Source: Octopus vulgaris
Lineage: Eukaryota
DNA length: 64,000 nt
Direction: 5' to 3'
Assembly (NCBI GenBank): GCA_951406725.2
Contig: OX597821.1
Span: 111,104,001-111,168,000 of the forward strand
Positions 59,615 through 64,000 of the stretch are shown piece by piece. The number at the start of each line of letters is the position of its first letter. Positions within the stretch are counted from its first letter, which is position 1. The translations under genes and the position numbers were made by a program. A model generated the notes under the pieces. It was not told the DNA's origin and did no database searches. It worked only from the letters and a program-made list of their open reading frames with translations.

Positions 59615-62600
59615 GTAATTGTTTATCTATTTTCATATATATGTACACATAAATATATATTTTTTGTCTAATTTCTGCTGTTGAAATGTGTTACTTTGCC
59701 CTTGGTTATGTTTAATTAATAAGATTTTGAGTTTGTCCTTGGTTGATAACTTGTAGTTTTCGACCCAATTAAGAAACAATATATGTCAAGTACTTTAAAG
59801 AACCTTGTTTTAGTTTGAAATGTAAATATATTTGCCCCTTTATCTTTTGTTATGAAATTTATATCGATAATTGATTACTACTTAAAGCATATTATTATTA
59901 TTATTATTAATATCATTTGAATGGCGATGATGGAATGTTTTGAACGTAGAAAAAGGAACGAAGGGGCAGTTGTTGTTGTTTGTTTGTTTAGCCCCAGGAC
60001 AACTTTAATCGAGCAGCCCTATGATCAAAGGTGTTCCAACTGTGACAATCATGTCTTTTTCGATTATATAAGGGACCATATTTAGCGGAGTTTCGAAATA
60101 GCTATCTATCTCATAGCAAAGAAGACAAAAAAAAAAAAAAAGGGCACAGAATTCCTCACTATGAGATTATGTATGGTAGCTATTCAGAGGGTGCACCCCA
60201 CATCATCCGATGAATCCTTCTTTATTTCAAGTGGCGTGGTGCTATTTAAAGAAGGTTTGGCTGTTATTTCCAACAATTCGAGCTGTGAAACGAATGTTAC
60301 AAAACAAACTTATATTTTCTTCTTTCTCCTCCCTTTTCATGTCCTTCTTTCATTCTTTCTTTTCAACAGACCGTCATACCACGGCAATGTTCCATTATTC
60401 GAAGGACCATTCATATGTCCTCCAAGACCTGTCGTCCAATGGTTCCCATTGTGATTGAATCAACAGGAAGAGGGGAAAGAGCTTACGACATTTTCTCCAG
60501 ACTCTTGAAAGAAAGAATTATCTGCATTATGGGACCAGTATGTCATCACTATTTCATTTTCTGTTTTTCTCAACCAATATTTCCAAAACACTTGTATTTT
60601 GGGACATGGAAGACGTACAGTTCTATATTTAAGGGATGAGGAATTATGTGCATTATTTAAATTATTTACATTTGATGAATATTTGTCCTCATCTTATTTG
60701 TTGTTAACACAATGTTTCGGCTGATATACCCTCCAGCCTTCTTCAGGTGTCTTGGGGAAATTTTGAACCTGTGCTCTCATTCCTAAGGTATTTTTCGATG
60801 TTATTGTTGTTATATATATTTGAACACACACACACACACATATATATACATACATACACACACATACATACATACATACACACACATATATATATACACA
60901 CACATATATATACATATATATATACATATATATACATATATATATATACATATATATACAACAAGCTACTTTCAGTTTCTGTCTATCAAATCCACTCACA
61001 AGGCTTTGGTTGGCTTGAGGCTATATAGTAGTGCCACACAGTGGGACTGAACCTGGAACCATGTGGTTGTTAAGCGAGCTACTTACCACACAGCCACTCC
61101 TAATAAAATATTTTATATAGTTACATCAATAACTCACAAACAAACAACATTTCACACATGATTGGTTTTCTGATTTCTTTTCTTTCTCTATCCTCTTCTT
61201 CGTAGGTCACGGATGATTTATCCAGTCTTGTTGTGGCACAACTTCTTTTCTTGCAGTCTGAGAGTAGCAAGAAAGCCATTCACATGTACATCAACAGCCC
61301 AGGTGAGAAGCAACACTAGTTCTTTCCTTCCTTCTTTCACTTGTTTCAGCCGTTTGACTGTGGCCATGCTGGAGCACTGCCTTGATGGGATTTTAATTGA
61401 ACAAATTGACCCCCCCATGACTTAGTTCTTTAGCCTAGTACTTATTCTATCGGTCTCTTTTGCCAAACCACTATGGTAAGGGGATGTAAACACACAAACA
61501 CCGGTTGTTGGATGACTATCCTGTTGCAGGGACATCAAGGCAACCTCAATTTTGTTTATAAGACAATTGCTTGGGACTGAAATTTTTGACTAACGCCAGT
61601 ATAATAGTTATTTCTTTATTGCCCACAAGGGGCTGAACATAGAGGGGACAAACAAGGACAGACAAAGGATGAAAGGCAAAGTCGACCTCAGCGGAATTTG
61701 AACTCAGGACGTAAAGACAGACAAAATACCTATTTCTTTACTACCCACAAGGGGCTAAACACAGAGGGGACAAACAAGGACAAGGGGACTAAATGGATTA
61801 CATCGACCCCAGTGCGTTACTGGTACTTATTTAATTGACCCTGAAAGGATGAAAGGCAAAGTCGACCTCGGCGGAATGTGAACTCAACGTACCGGCAGAC
61901 GAAATACCTATTTCTTTACTACCCACAAGGGGCTAAACACAGAGAGGACAAACAAGGACAGACAAAGAGATTAAGTCAATAACTTCAACCCCATTGCACA
62001 ACTGGTACTTAATTTATTGACCCTGAAAGTAATGAAAGGCAAAGTCGACCTTGGTGGAATTTGAACTCAGAACGTAAAGACAGACGAAATACCGCTAAGC
62101 ATTTTGCCTGGTGTGCTAACGTTTCTGCCAGCTCGCTGCCAGTATACTAATACAAAACAGAATGCTGTGTGACTTTTACCTGAGAATGTACCTTAAGAAT
62201 GTAAAAATATAAAACAAAGCTATGTAGGCCTATAGGCCAACTTATGACCAAATCGACTTACAACCAATCAGTCGGAACCAACTGTGGTCGTAAGTCGACG
62301 GCAACCTGTATATTGCTTGATGGGTTATCATGTTACTGCTTACATAACAGAATACTATCCCATTGTTCTTTGAATTAAATACCATAGGCTATAGGCACAA
62401 TCATGGTTATGCTTCCTTGTAATGTTAGAACCTTGTCCAGCCCTTTGTTTCCAGCATCTCAACTTAATTTCCCCCAATTTCTGTATTTACAGGTGGCTCA
62501 GTGACCGCTGGTCTTGGTATTTATGACACAATGCAGTATGTGCAGCCGCCTATCGCCACGTGGTGCGTTGGTCAGGCCTGTAGCATGGCATCACTGCTTT

Positions 62601-62680
62601 TGTCGGCAGGAACACCAGGAATGAGGCATTCATTGCCAAATTCTAGAATTATGATTCATCAACCTTCAGGACAAGTTGGG
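59597..62680 (+). CDS. CLPP: ATP-dependent Clp protease proteolytic subunit, mitochondrial, 5' part: join(59597..59614?,60370..60537,61206..61302,62493..62680); continues beyond the right edge
   Basis: Motifs [55 protein letters not shown] (catalytic Ser) and RIMIHQPSG (catalytic His). GT-AG boundaries are in phase. Confidence 0.95.
60370..60537 (+). CDS. CLPP: CLPP exon (end of presequence + PMVPIVIE...ICIMGP)
   Basis: caacag| ... GGA CCA|GTATGT. Confidence 0.92.
60706..60751 (-). ncRNA. Minimal hammerhead-like fold in a CLPP intron (antisense)
   Basis: GACAC CUGAAGA A GGCUG-gaggguauau-CAGCC GAA ACAU U GUGUU. Confidence 0.55.
61206..61302 (+). CDS. CLPP: CLPP exon ([32 protein letters not shown])
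   Basis: cgtag| ... G|GTGAGA. Confidence 0.95.
61610..62140 (-). mobile_element. Head-to-tail tandem trimer of SINE family B in a CLPP intron
   Basis: Three units beginning tatttctttaytrcccacaagggg at about 61610, 61731 and 61909; only the right-most unit carries the tRNA-like head. Confidence 0.8.
62493..62680 (+). CDS. CLPP: CLPP exon carrying the catalytic Ser and His
   Basis: ttacag| [16 protein letters not shown]...ACSMAS...[10 protein letters not shown] |GTAAGT. Confidence 0.95.
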
Positions 62681-63429
62681 GTAAGTAACTGTTACTTGTT
62701 ATAACATACATATATATATATATAGATACATATACATATGTATATATATCATCATCATATATATATGTATGTATGTGTATATATACATTCATATACATGT
62801 ATACCTTGGCTTAAGTCATTTTCGATTACATGTCGGTTTTCAAAAATAATATGTGGAAAAATAAAAATCAGGTTAATTCATTTTGCTCGACTTTACGTCT
62901 GTCCACCACAAATATTGGAATCGCAAAATCACTAGAAAACCGTTAAAAGCACATAAAATCATGTTACTGTACAATAGATAAGAATAAAAGAATATAAAAT
63001 CATATTAAAATGTGTACAGTAAATGTTAAGATACACACCATAAAGTAGTGTAGCTTAGTGAATGAAATCAACTGTCTTATTTATCGGTCTTTCAGAGCTC
63101 ATATTGCACTGTAGTTCCAATATCTAGTGTTAGGTGTCGTTGTCACTCATGATAACCGCGATTGTATTGAATTCAGATTTGTTTACATCTTTTTATCAGC
63201 TACATTCTCATTCTCATTCATCAGTGTCTTTATTTTAAGCCCCTATGGCCCCTAAGAAAATTCATAGTGAAAGTGCTAAGTATTATGCTATAATGCTGGA
63301 AGTTCAGAACTGGGAATTTTTATTATTGGTTTAGCATAGAGACAAGTAAATTCAGCCTAGCCTAGCCTAGAAACAGGTTACTTTGACTTAAGTTGTGTCT
63401 CCTGGAACCAGTTAATGACGTAAGGTGAG

Positions 63430-63990
63430 GTATGCATGTATCCGGCAAGCCAAGTGAGACCATAACCTTGTGTCCTAAGCCAGGGGTGTAACCAGCCCAC
63501 TTATGTGTACCTTCCCTTCATTGGACACTGCTTGTGAAGACCTGTTGAGGCAAGTGAAATCGAAATCAAATTCGATGACTGGATTCGTGCTAGTGGAGCA
63601 CTAAGAGCATCATCCGAGCATGATCATTGCCAGAGTGGCTAACTGGCACATAAAGAGCACCATTCGAGCGTGATTGTTATCAGCGTTGCCTTAATGGCAC
63701 TTGTGCTGGTGTGCAGGTGAGACATAAAATATTTAAAAAAATTTTTTTTTAAATGGTCTTTTTTTTTTGTGGCTGTTGCCAGTACCACCTGACTAGCCCC
63801 CGTACCGGTGTCATGTAAAAAGCACCCACTACCCCCTCGGAGTGGTTGGCGTTAGGAAGGGCATCCAGCTGTAGAAACTCTGCCAGATCAAGATTGGAGC
63901 CTGGTGCAGCCATCTGGTTCGCCAGTCTTCAGTCAAATGTCCAACCCATGCTAGCATGGAAAGCGGACATTAAATGATGATGATGATAAT
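63430..63990 (+). mobile_element. Copy of the (GAT)n-tailed element with additional 5' sequence
   Basis: Same 3' module and tail. The segment gaaatcaaattcgatgactgg...gctagtgg matches the far end of the 1995-3845 copy. Confidence 0.7.
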
Positions 63991-64000
63991 ATATAGAGCG

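Noticed and set aside
63445-63560. Twister or HDV-like ribozyme at the 5' end of the (GAT)n element
   Set aside because: Only a few words resemble the consensus, and the pseudoknot pairings could not be established by eye.

Overview
Eukaryotic, AT-rich, repeat-dense animal genomic DNA. The SINE families and the density of (TA)n/(TATG)n/(TCTA)n microsatellites point to a coleoid cephalopod, probably Octopus (inference). Three spliced housekeeping genes can be rebuilt by hand from GT-AG boundaries and reading-frame phase. (1) The first two coding exons of DNA primase large subunit PRIM2 lie on the minus strand, and the gene runs off the left edge. (2) A complete 15-coding-exon LMBRD1 (lysosomal cobalamin transport protein, 541 aa) lies on the plus strand at 14187-48613, head-to-head with PRIM2. 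(3) The 5' exons of mitochondrial CLPP lie on the plus strand and the gene runs off the right edge. Most of the rest is mobile DNA: several tRNA-derived SINE families, a (GAT)n-tailed element with an expandable 66-bp internal unit (21 near-identical copies at 2176-3561), two decayed mariner transposons, a 5'-truncated CR1-like LINE, a non-autonomous Helitron, Merlin-like and piggyBac-like MITEs, and foldback elements. The most unusual signal is a set of at least eight hammerhead-ribozyme-like folds in short repeats. Several have variant cores, one has a compensatory G3-C8 swap, and one full type I fold sits in sense orientation inside LMBRD1 intron 13. Most ORFs in the supplied track are microsatellite or repeat artefacts. 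All folds and alignments were done by eye and need computational confirmation.
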